From NCBI GenBank assembly GCA_049840735.1, contig JASGJN010000016.1, forward strand, positions 1 through 64,000: a DNA stretch of 64,000 nucleotides. Direction: 5' to 3'. The notes beneath the pieces are model-generated. The model was not told where the DNA came from. It was given only the letters and a program-made list of their open reading frames with translations, and did not search any database. Source of the stretch: Anaeromyxobacter sp. (GTDB taxonomy: Bacteria > Myxococcota > Myxococcia > Myxococcales > Anaeromyxobacteraceae). Of this stretch, positions 1 through 9,354 are shown piece by piece (position 1 is the stretch's first letter; each line of letters begins with the position of its first letter). A program made the position numbers and the translations under genes.

Positions 1-574
1 CTCGGCGTGGGCCACCTCGTCGGCGCCCGCGGCCGGGTCCTCCTTCACCACCGAGAGGTGCCGGATGGCCTCGAAGACCGCCTGGTCCTCCGCCGAGGCG
101 ATGGCCCTAAGCCGGCCTCGCCGGCCGCCTGGAGGTAGGCCGCGTAGGTGGCGTCGGCGATGAAGGGGGCATGGCCGGCGCTCTCGTGGACGATGTCCGG
201 CGCAGGCGTGTAGGCGATGTGCTGGTGGGTCCGGATGTCGGCGGCGATGGCCAGCACCCGCCGGCCCTGCAGCTCGGTGAAGACCGCCGGCGGGATGAAC
301 CCGCGCACCGCCACCGCCGACCAGCCCACCCGCGAGAGCTTAGGTTCATCTCGTCCAGGCTGGGGATCCGCTTCACCTCGATGCCGGTCGCCGCCAGGCC
401 GGCCAGGTAGCGCGGGTGGGCGCGCTCCCGCAGGTGGGCGGTCAGCCGGCGCAGCACGTGGCGCCAGACGGCGTGGTCGCGCGGGGTGTAGGCCGCGTAG
501 TCCTGCGCCACCACGTAGCGGCGCAGGTGTGGCGGCAGCCCGGCGATGGCCTGGTCGGTCGGCGACGGCGGCAT
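1..574 (-). CDS. phhA: Aromatic amino acid (phenylalanine 4-) hydroxylase, N-terminal part; runs off the left edge; frameshifts at ~340 and ~110
   Basis: ORF 107..574 (QDYAAYTPRDHAVWRHV...IPSLDEMN) continues in the frame of ORF 45..596 (GWSAVAVRGFIPPAVF...YTPAPDIVHESAGHAP), which holds the PD-x-x-HE-x-x-GH-x-P iron-binding motif. Confidence 0.85.
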
Positions 575-629
575 GGCTCCACCTCCCGGAAGTCAATCTG
601 GCGCCGGCGGCCGCGCGCCGCGCCTCTCT

Positions 630-2173
630 CTAACGGCCGCGCCCCGGTCCGCCAGCCCCTCCCGGCCCGGCCGCGTGGGGCCCGTCCGGCTCCACCCGCC
701 CCGACGCGACGCGCCAGCGCGACGCGGTGCACCGGGCGGCGAAGCCGGCGTCGTGCGAGACCAGCAGGAGGGCGCCGGGGTAGGCCTCCAGCGCCCGCTC
801 TAGCCGCTCGATGGTGGGGAGGTCGAGGTGGTTGGTGGGCTCGTCCAGCGAAGAGCCCCCAGGCGTGCCGGCCCAGCCCGGCCGCCAGCACCAGCTTGCG
901 CGCCTCCCCCGGCGACGGGTCCTGCGAGGCCAGCAGCCGCGCCGGGTCGGTCCCCAGCGCGGCCACCAGCTGCAGCACGCGCCCGCGCACGTCGGCCGGC
1001 AGCGCCCTCACCTGGGCGAGGAGCCGCCGCCCCTCGCCGGCCGGCAGCTCCTGCGGCAGCACCAGCAGCCGCTCCGGCGGCAGCGCCGCCCGGGCCAGCA
1101 GCGCCCCCAGCAGCGTGGTCTTCCCGGCGCCGTTCGGCCCCTCCACCCAGAATCCGGTCCTGGCGCCCGAGCCGCACGTGGACGTCGCGCAGCACGGGGT
1201 GCGGCCCGGCCCGCACCTCGTCCGCGTCGAGCGAGAGCAGCACCGGGCGCGGTGCCCGCTCGAACCCCAGGAACACGCTCCGGCCCAGCTCGGCCTCGGG
1301 GGGCGCCTCCGGGACCGCCTCCCGCGCGCGCTCGGCCGCCGCGCGCAGCCGACCGACGTCGGCGCCCAGCCGGTCCTCGGCCCAGGCGCGCCGGGTCTTG
1401 GCGCCCAGCGTGCGGGCGTCGCTGTCCGCCGGATCGCGGTGGCGGCCGCTGCGGGCGCGATCGGCGGCCCCCTGGGCCCGGCGCGCCTCGGCCAGCCGCT
1501 GGCCGGCGCGCGCCACCTCGGCCTGGGCCGCGGCCCTGCGGTCGCGGGCCGCCGCCGCCTCCGCCTCCCAGACCGCCCGCGCCGCGCCGTACGGCGCCTC
1601 GTGCAGGCGCGCGCGGCCGGCGTGGAGGCGCAGCGTCCGAGGGCAGAGCGCCTCCATCAGCGCGCGGTCGTGCGACACCACCAGCCCCACGCCGCGGAAG
1701 CGACGCAGCGCCTCCAGCGCCAGCGCGCGGGTGGCGGCGTCGGCGTGGTTGGTGGGCTCGTCGAGCAGCAGCAGCCCGGGCTCGGCCAGGAGCGCGCCGC
1801 CCAGCTGCCAGCGGCGGCGCTGCCCGGGCGAGAGCGTCGGCCAGCGCTCCAGGTCCGCCGGGGAGAGCTGGAGCACGCCCAGCAGCCGGCGCGCCTCGCC
1901 CCCCTCGCCTGCGGCCAGCGCCGCCTCGGCCTCGCCCGGCGCGTCCACGCCCTGCGGGCAGAGGAGCACGCGCGCGCCGGGCGGCTCCAGGCGGATCCGC
2001 CCGCCGGCCGGCGCGAGCTGGCCGGACAGGAGCCGGAGCAGCGTGGTCTTCCCGGCGCCGTTCTCGCCCACCACGGCGGTCCAGCCGGCGGGCAGGCGGA
2101 GGGTGATCTCCTCGAGGAGAGGGACGGTGTCGGCGTGCGCGAACGAGACGCGCTCGAGCGAGACGGCGGGCAT
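630..2173 (-). CDS. ABC-F family ATP-binding protein (two ABC domains, no membrane domain); frameshifts at ~1150 and ~850
   Basis: Walker A motifs GENGAGKT and GPNGAGKT, two LDEPTNH Walker B motifs, two VSHD H-loops and a helical linker between the domains; TAG stop at 630-632. Confidence 0.85.
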
Positions 2174-2438
2174 GGAGGGCTCCTGGGGCCGCTCGCGCCG
2201 GGCGCGAGGGCGGGCGCGCGAAGGGCGCGCCGGGCGGCGTGGATGACGTGGGGCGGGCCGGTCTTTCCAGGAGCTAGGCCATGGGGCGCACCGCGGACGG
2301 TGCGGCGCCTCGTGTACCGGCTCCGCGCGGCGCCCGCAAGCCCCGCCTCGGGACCGCCGCCGGCGGAGGGGGTGCGCACCCTGTAGGCATGGACCTCCGC
2401 GCCTCCCGCTCCGCCCCCGCGCGTGGCCCGAGCGCGGC

Positions 2439-4068
2439 TCACGCCGGCGGCGGCGACCCTTGCCAGTCGTCCGCGGCCGGGCGCGGGCCGGACAGGAGCA
2501 GCTCCTCCAGCGCGTCCGGCGCCACCGGCTTCACCAGCAGCGCGTCGAAGCCGGACGCCCGCGCCCGGCGCCGGTCCTCCTCCGCGCCGTAGCCGGTCAG
2601 CGCGACCAGCTGCAGCGAGGCGCCGCCCGGCCCGGCCCGCAGGGCCCGGGCCAGCTCGTGGCCGGTCATCCCGGGCAGCCCGAGATTGCACAGCACCAGG
2701 TCCGGCCGGAACGCCGCGACCGCCTCCATCGCCGCCCGGCCGTCCCGCGCCACCTCCACGGCGTGGCCGGACAGCGCCAGCAGGTCGCGGAGCGTCTGGG
2801 CCGCGTCCGCGTTGTCCTCCACCACCAGGATCCGCCGCGCCCCCGCGACGGCGCCGGACCGGGCCGGCCGGCCGGCCGCCGGCTGCGCGTCCAGCAGCAG
2901 CGGGAGCCGGACGGCGAACTCCGCGCCGTGCCCCGGGCCGTCGCTGCGGGCCTCGATGGACCCGCCGTGCAGCTCCACCAGCCCCTTGGCGAGCGCGAGC
3001 CCCAGCCCCAGCCCGCCCCGGCTCCGGTCCAGCGTCTGGTCCCCCTGCGCGAAGGGCTGGAAGATGCGCTCCAGCATGTCGGCGGAGATGCCGGCGCCGT
3101 CGTCGCTGATCCGGACCACCGCCTGGGCGCCGGGCCCGGTGGCGACGCTCACCTCGACGCGGCCACCCGGCCGGTTGAACTTGACCGCGTTGCCGAGCAG
3201 GTTGCCCAGCACCTGCGCGAGGCGGACCGCGTCGCCGTCCACCCAGAGCGGCGCGGGGTCGAGGCTGAGCCCGAGCTCGACCTGGGCCCGGGCGAAGACC
3301 GAGCGGTGGTCCTCCACGGTGGACTGGAGCACCTGCGCCAGGTCCACCCGGCTGCGCCTGAGCCGGATCTTCCCGCTCGTCACCCGCGTCGCGTCCAGCA
3401 GGTCGTCCACCAGGCGGGAGAGGTGCTGGAACTGGCGCGCCAGCACGCCCAAGGCGCGCTGCCCCTGCTCGCTGGCAGGGTCCACCCGCTCCAGCAGGAA
3501 CAGGGCGTTGCCCATGGGCGCCAGCGGGTTGCGCAGCTCGTGGGAGAGCAGCCCCAGGAAGTGCGTCTGCCGCGCCAGCGCCTGGCTCAGCGACTCAGCC
3601 ACCCGGCGCTGCTTATGCTCCAGGCGCAGGGCCGTGAAGTAGGCGCCGAGCTGCGACGCCACCACCGCGAGCAGCTGCAGGTCCTCCTCGCCGTAGGCCC
3701 CGTCGTCCCGCTCCACCAGCAGCACGCCGACGACCTGCTCGAACGAGATGAGCGGCACCGCCAGGCGGGCCTGCCCTCCCTCCGGGGCGACCGCCCGAAT
3801 CCTCCCCCGCGCTGCGATCCACCAGCAGCTCCAGCAGCGCCAGCGCGCTCCGCTCCATCCGCCGGCGGTCCTCCTCCCGGCCCGGCGGCTCATGCAGCGC
3901 GGCCGGGACCGCCCCGCCGGGCGCGGGCAGGAGCGTGCAGCGGTCGTAGGGGACCAGGTTGCGCAGCGTGTGGAGCGCGCGCCGGGCCCGCGCCTCGGCG
4001 TCCACGCCCGACTCGAGCGCGTGCGCGAGGTCCGCCAGCCAGGAGGTGACGCGCGAGGGGGCCGTCAT
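2439..4068 (-). CDS. Hybrid sensor histidine kinase (GAF-like, HisKA, HATPase, receiver); frameshift at ~3800
   Basis: H-box LSHELRNPL, N-box NLLGNAVKF, G-boxes DDGAGI and GGLGLGL, C-terminal receiver. The N-terminus lies in ORF 3613..4068, whose start overlaps the stop of the KaiC-like gene. Confidence 0.85.
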
Positions 4069-5534
4069 GTCGGCTTCCCGGCTGAGCTGGGGACGCCCGT
4101 CAGCACCCCGCGCAGCTCCCGGAAGGGGGACCGCTCCGACACCTGCAGCCCCTGGGGGCCGATGGTCATGCCCCGCACCTCGGTGTCCACGTCCACGCCG
4201 CGCGCCTTGATGATGGAGATGGCGCGCTCCAGCCGGCCGCCGAGCTCGACGTAGCGGAGCTGGATGACGTTGTCGCAGGCGAAGGAGACGCCGTGCCCGG
4301 ACAGCTGCCCCGTCCCCAGCAGCTCGGGGATCTCCATGGTGACCACCAGCGTCACCCCGGCGCGGCGGAGGTGCTTCGCGAGGGCGTAGACGAACTCCTT
4401 GTACCGGCGCTCGGAGATGGCCCCCAGGGCCAGGCTGGTGAGGCTGTCGAGGACCACCCGCTTCACCCCGGCGTTCCCGATCTCGTCGCGGACCTGCTGC
4501 AGGAAGCGATCGGTCGAGAGCTCGATGGGCGCGGCGTAGCGGATCCGGATCAGCCCCTGCTCCTCGAGCGCGGGCAGGTCGAAGGAGAAGCCGGCGGCGA
4601 TGCTCCGGATCTGATCCGGCGTCTCCTCCAGCGTGAAGAGGAGGCCCGGCTCGCCCCGGCGGGCCCCCTCGACGAGGAAGTGCAGGCCGAGGAGCGTCTT
4701 GCCGGTCCCGGTCCCGCCCATCAGCACCGTGCTGCTGGCCGCCGGGAGCCCGCCGCGCAGGAGCTGGTCCAGCTGCGTGATCCCGGTGGGCACCGGGTCA
4801 CCGCGCGGCGGCGGCCGCTCCGCGGCCGGCGGCGCGCTGACGCGCGGGATGACCCGCAGGCCGCCCGCGTCGAGCTCGAAGAAGTGGACTCCGGGCACGA
4901 ACCCCGAGCCCCGGAGCTTCTGCACCTCGATCTCGCGGATGCGCATCAGGTCCTGGGTGGCGCTGCCCATCCGGATGATCCCGTCGGCGATGGCGAACTC
5001 GGGGAGCCGGCCCTGGTCCTCCGCCGAGTACTCGCCCACCAGCAGCGTGGTGGCCCCCCAGCTCGCCATGTGCACGGCCAGGTCGAAGGTGAGCGTCCGG
5101 GTCCGGAGCGCATCTCCGGAGAGATCGTGCAGCGCCTTGTAGCTGTCGATGACCACCAGCGCGGGCTCGTCCGCCTCCACCCGCTGCGCGATGGTCTCGA
5201 CCGCGGCCTCGGGCGTCTGCCCGCGGAGCGCGCTCCCCAGGTCCACCACCTGGATCCGGTCCTCGAGCAGCGCGGCCTCGAAGAACCGGAACCCCTGCAT
5301 GTGCCGGACGAGCTTCAGCGAGGGCTCGGAGAGCGTGGTGAAGTAGATCGAGCGCTGCCCTCGCCGCGCGGCGTGGAAGAGCATCTGCAGCGCCAGCACG
5401 GTCTTGCCGGAGCCGGGCTCGCCCGACAGGAGCGTGATGGAGCGGGCGGGGATGCCGCCCTCGAGCACCGTGTCCAGGGCCGCGTCGCCGGTGCTGACCC
5501 GCTCGAGCCGGAGCCCCTCCCTCTCGCCGCTCAT
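4065..5534 (-). CDS. KaiC-like double-domain RecA-superfamily ATPase
   Basis: Two domains with GEPGSGKT/VVIDS and GGTGTGKT/VVLDS motifs, TLEE, and KLRGS/KARG arginine fingers. Confidence 0.9.
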   Translation of the reverse strand: MSGEREGLRLERVSTGDAALDTVLEGGIPARSITLLSGEPGSGKTVLALQMLFHAARRGQRSIYFTTLSEPSLKLVRHMQGFRFFEAALLEDRIQVVDLGSALRGQTPEAAVETIAQRVEADEPALVVIDSYKALHDLSGDALRTRTLTFDLAVHMASWGATTLLVGEYSAEDQGRLPEFAIADGIIRMGSATQDLMRIREIEVQKLRGSGFVPGVHFFELDAGGLRVIPRVSAPPAAERPPPRGDPVPTGITQLDQLLRGGLPAASSTVLMGGTGTGKTLLGLHFLVEGARRGEPGLLFTLEETPDQIRSIAAGFSFDLPALEEQGLIRIRYAAPIELSTDRFLQQVRDEIGNAGVKRVVLDSLTSLALGAISERRYKEFVYALAKHLRRAGVTLVVTMEIPELLGTGQLSGHGVSFACDNVIQLRYVELGGRLERAISIIKARGVDVDTEVRGMTIGPQGLQVSERSPFRELRGVLTGVPSSAGKPT

Positions 5535-5917
5535 CCCGCGTCCTCCTCGCCCGCCAGGCCGGCCTCGACCAGCTCCGCCACGCGCGCCAGGTGGCGCGAG
5601 ACCACCGGCCCGGTCAGCTCCCGGAACAGCGGCTCCAGCTCCTCGCGCACCAGCCTGCGCAGCGCCTGGACGGCGTCCGCCCGGGCAGGATCGCGCCAGT
5701 GCGCGGGGAGCACGAAGGCGTACTCCAGCCCTTCCCGGTTCACCGCGACGCCCTGCAGCTCGGGGATCCGGGGCACGGCGCGCTTGAGCGCCCTGCGCAT
5801 CAGCGCGGCGGTGGCGGGCGTGCTGATGAGCGCCACCAGCTCGTCCCAGAGCCGCTTGAACAGGTCCGCGGCGGAGCCGGGCCCGCTGCCCCGCAGCGGC
5901 GTCACCGAAGTCGTCAC
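5531..5917 (-). CDS. Small hypothetical protein, first gene of the KaiC-like operon
   Basis: 128-aa helical ORF whose stop overlaps the KaiC-like ATG by 4 bp; high-GC codon pattern. Confidence 0.7.
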   Translation of the reverse strand: MTTSVTPLRGSGPGSAADLFKRLWDELVALISTPATAALMRRALKRAVPRIPELQGVAVNREGLEYAFVLPAHWRDPARADAVQALRRLVREELEPLFRELTGPVVSRHLARVAELVEAGLAGEEDAG

Positions 5918-6084
5918 TCGGACCCCTTCGAGCGAGGGTCCGGCGGAAGGCCGGGCGCGACGCTCAGGCTGCTTCCGAGTCTAGCGGGAGGGAACCCGGG
6001 GCGAGCGTTCACCTAGGGGCGTGGGCAGAACCCCAGGTGGAAGCACCCTCCCCTCCTGGTGCTCCCGCCCGGGCACCGTGCGTT

Positions 6085-6294
6085 TCAACGCCCGGTGGCT
6101 GGACGCCCGCCCGCCAGCAGCCGCGCCGGCAGCAGCAGCGCGGCCCGCAGCGTGGCCAGCACGCCGTCCACCGCGACGCCCAGGAGCCGGAACGGCAGGA
6201 GCAGCAGCCAGACCAGCGGGTAGAGCAGGAGCGCGGCCAGGGCGAGCGGCCAGCACACCACCAGCAGCAGGGCCCACAGCAGGAAGGCGACCAT
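6085..6294 (-). CDS. Small hydrophobic membrane protein (69 aa)
   Basis: MVAFLLWALLLVVCWPLALAALLLYPLVWLLLLPFRLLG..., preceded by a GGAGG-like RBS. Confidence 0.65.
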   Translation of the reverse strand: MVAFLLWALLLVVCWPLALAALLLYPLVWLLLLPFRLLGVAVDGVLATLRAALLLPARLLAGGRPATGR

Positions 6295-6381
6295 GCCCTC
6301 CCCTACGCCGGCCGGGGCCAGGAAATTTCGACACTCCCCGCTTGCCCCGGCGGGCACGATCCCTGGAGACTCTCCTGCCTG

Positions 6382-6756
6382 ATGAGCAAGCGGCCCCACA
6401 TCCTCGTGGTCGACGACAACGAGGCCATGCGCGACAACCTGCTCGAGTGCCTGGAGCAGGAGGGCTACGCCGCGGACGCGGTGGCCGACGGCGCGGCCGC
6501 GCTGGCGCGCCTGGAGCGGGCGCCCCGGCCGGACGTGGTGCTGATGGACCTGCTCATGCCGGGGATGGACGGGCGGGCGCTGGCCGCGGCCATCCGGGCC
6601 GAGCCGCGCTGGGCCGGGGTCCGGCTGGCGCTCATCACCGGCGCCGAGCTCCGCCCGCGCGGCGTGGCCGAGGTGGACGAGGTCCTGCCCAAGCCGTTCG
6701 GCGTGGCCGAGCTGCTGGCGGCCATCCGGCGGCTGTCGCCGCCGTCCGCCGGCTGA
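6382..6756 (+). CDS. Stand-alone response regulator receiver protein
   Basis: ILVVDDN, PDVVLMDLLMP (phospho-Asp intact), LITG and KPF motifs. Confidence 0.9.
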   Translation: MSKRPHILVVDDNEAMRDNLLECLEQEGYAADAVADGAAALARLERAPRPDVVLMDLLMPGMDGRALAAAIRAEPRWAGVRLALITGAELRPRGVAEVDEVLPKPFGVAELLAAIRRLSPPSAG

Positions 6757-6811
6757 GCAGGACGCGCTGATCCGCGGGGTGGGGGCCCCGGCATTTGGCG
6801 CAGCCCCCGTT

Positions 6812-8012
6812 CTACAGATCCACGCAGTCCACGAAGAGCACCTCGGCCACGCGCCCGCGGATCTGCTCCAGCAGCTCCTGGGGCGGGCGGGCGGAGAGGT
6901 CGATGGAGGCGGAGGCGGCCTGGGCCTGGTCGAAGACCACGTTCTGCATCCCCTCCACGTTCAGCCCCGCCTCCCGGACCAGCCCCAGCACCGCCGCCAG
7001 CACGCCCACCTTGTCCTGGTGGCGCACCAGCAGCCGCGCCTTGGCCGGCGTCTTGCGGGCCAGGTTCACGCAGCTGGCCACCTCGCCGGCGCGCAGGAAC
7101 TGGGCCACCATCCGGACCGTCTCGCGGGCGATGGCGTCCTGTGCCTGCGCGGTGGACGCGCCGATGTGGTGGGTGCCGTAGACGTTGGCCAGCTGGGCCA
7201 GCGGCGGGGCGAAGTCGGCCCGCCCCTTCTCCGGCTCGCCGGCGAACACGTCGGTGGCGACCCGCAGCCGGCCGGCCTGCGCCGCCTCGAGCAGCGCCTC
7301 CTGGTCCACCACCTCGGCCCGCGCGGTGTTGATGAGCGCGGCGCCGGGCTTCATGGCGGCAAGCACCTCGCGCGAGACGAGGCCGCGGGTCTCCTTGTTG
7401 AGCGCCACGTGGAGCGTCAGGAAGTCGGCGGCGCGGGCCACGCCCAGCAGGTCCGGGGAGCGCTCCACGCCCAGGCGCTTCGCCTCCTCGTCGGTGAGCG
7501 AGCGCGACCAGGCCACCACGCGCAGGCCCAGCGCCAGGGCGCGCCGCACCACCTCCTTGCCGATGGAGCCGGTGCCCACCACGCCCAGCGTGCGGCCGAA
7601 GACCCCCGCGGCCTCGGAGAAGGTCTTCTTGTCCCACTTGCCGGCCCGCAGCTGGGCCACGTTGTCCGGGATGCGCCGGTCGAGCGCCAGCAAGAGCCCG
7701 ATGGCCAGCTCGGCCACCGCGATCGAGTTCTGGCCGGGGCAGTTGGCCACGTAGACGCCGCGGCGGGACGCGGCGGCCACGTCGATGGTGTTCACGCCGG
7801 CGCCGGCGCGGATCACCAGCGAGAGGGCCGAGGCCCGCTCGAACACGTCCGCGGTCACCTGCTTGCCGCGGACGATCAGCACGGTGGCCTCGCGGGCGGC
7901 CTCCGGCAGCTCGGCCACGGAGACGTCCGGGCGGTGATCGACGGTGACGCCGAGCGCAGCCAGAATCGGCGAGCCGCTCGGCCGGGAAGGCATCCGCGAC
8001 CAGGATCTTCAT
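6812..8012 (-). CDS. serA: D-3-phosphoglycerate dehydrogenase-like 2-hydroxyacid dehydrogenase with ACT domain; frameshift at ~7965
   Basis: Starts MKILVADAF; RAGAGVNTID, GVVGTGSIG, INTARAEVVD and HHIGAST motifs; C-terminal HQDKVGVLA ACT domain. Confidence 0.8.
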
Positions 8013-8110
8013 GAGACTCCCTCCGGCAGGTGACGGGAGAGAGCCTACCGCCGCCGCCGGCCCGGGCGGATACCGGGTCTTACCGAGGCCCGCCTGGGGG
8101 GGCGCACGAC

Positions 8111-9202
8111 TCAGGCCACCTGCCACCCGCGGGCCCTGACGGCGTCCTCCTCCAGCCGCGCAGCGAGCGCGCCCAGCGGCAGCTCGGCGTCCCCGAAGAA
8201 GAACGCGCCCAGCGCGGTGAGCGCGGAGGCGTGCTCGCGCAGCGTGCGCGACAGCCACTCCAGCCGCTGCAGCGTGCGGGGGGTGCAGGTCTGGCCGTGC
8301 AGGTCATCGAGCACGTCCAGCCGGTGCGAGCGCCACCCCTCGGCCAGGTAGAGCGCCCCCAGGTCGCCGCGGAGGCCCGACCGCCAGCGGGCCAGGATCC
8401 CCTCCAGCCACTCCAGCACCTGCGCCGAGGCCCCGCGCGCCCGCAGCGCCGCGCGGAGCCGCTCATAGGCCTGGACCGCCAGCCCCTTCTCCAGCCGGTA
8501 GGCGGCCAGCGCGGCCGAGAGCCCCTGCGACTGCTCCAGCGCCAGCAGCTGGGCGGAGAAGTTGCGGGTCTCGAACCGCTCCGCCGGGTGGAACACCGGC
8601 GCGCCCCAGCCGCCGGAGTGCGGCTGGGTGAGCGGGTCGTAGCGGTACATGTAGCCGAAGTCGAAGAGGCGGAGCTGCCGCCCGTCGTCGAGCACGTTGC
8701 CGGGGCAGAGGTCCCACTCGAAGAGCCCCTCCAGCGAGAGCTCCACCAGCACATCCAGCAGCTGGGTGATGCGCCGCTCGTCCCAGGAGGCCACCGTCTC
8801 GCCCTCGATCCAGGGCGAGAGCAGCACGCCGCGCCGGAGGCTGCCGTAGGCGGTCTCGACGATGGCGGCGAAGCGGCGGTCCCCGCCGGGCGCGGCCTGG
8901 AGCCGGGCCAGATCGGCGCGGCGCTGCAGCTCGTTCAGGAACGAGGTCTGGCCGTCCACGTTCTTGACCAGGCAGGGCACGCGGGCGCGCTTCAAGGTCC
9001 AGTCGCGCCCTCCGGCGCGCAGCCGGAAGACGCGGGCGGTGAGCCCGCCGGGCATGGCCTCCACCACCAGCGGCGAGCCCGGCTCGATCCGCGCGAGCGC
9101 GTCCGGGTCGATGGGGCTGGCCTCCGGCCGCCCCACCTCGAGCTCCGCCCCGCTCGCCACGAACGCCAGCTGCGCCGCCTGCCTCGCCTGCTCCTGGGTC
9201 AT
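8111..9202 (-). CDS. Kinase-like (APH/protein-kinase fold) phosphotransferase of unknown substrate
   Basis: GGLTARVF glycine loop, WTLKR lysine, WDLCPGNVL catalytic loop and LFDFG metal-binding motif. Confidence 0.7.
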   Translation of the reverse strand: MTQEQARQAAQLAFVASGAELEVGRPEASPIDPDALARIEPGSPLVVEAMPGGLTARVFRLRAGGRDWTLKRARVPCLVKNVDGQTSFLNELQRRADLARLQAAPGGDRRFAAIVETAYGSLRRGVLLSPWIEGETVASWDERRITQLLDVLVELSLEGLFEWDLCPGNVLDDGRQLRLFDFGYMYRYDPLTQPHSGGWGAPVFHPAERFETRNFSAQLLALEQSQGLSAALAAYRLEKGLAVQAYERLRAALRARGASAQVLEWLEGILARWRSGLRGDLGALYLAEGWRSHRLDVLDDLHGQTCTPRTLQRLEWLSRTLREHASALTALGAFFFGDAELPLGALAARLEEDAVRARGWQVA

Positions 9203-9354
9203 CGGCTGCGCCCTCCGGTGGACCGCGACGGCGCCATCCTGGCCCAGCCCCGGGCGGCGCGCGTCAACCGGGGGGTTGGATTCTCGCCGGCCGAGCCCCT
9301 CCGGCCGCCGAACCGGCCGCCCGCCCCCGCCAGGAGGCCTGCTAGGATCGTCCC

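Noticed and set aside
4065..5534. A true circadian clock locus
   Set aside because: There is no kaiA or kaiB in the window and the Ser-Thr phosphosite pair is incomplete.
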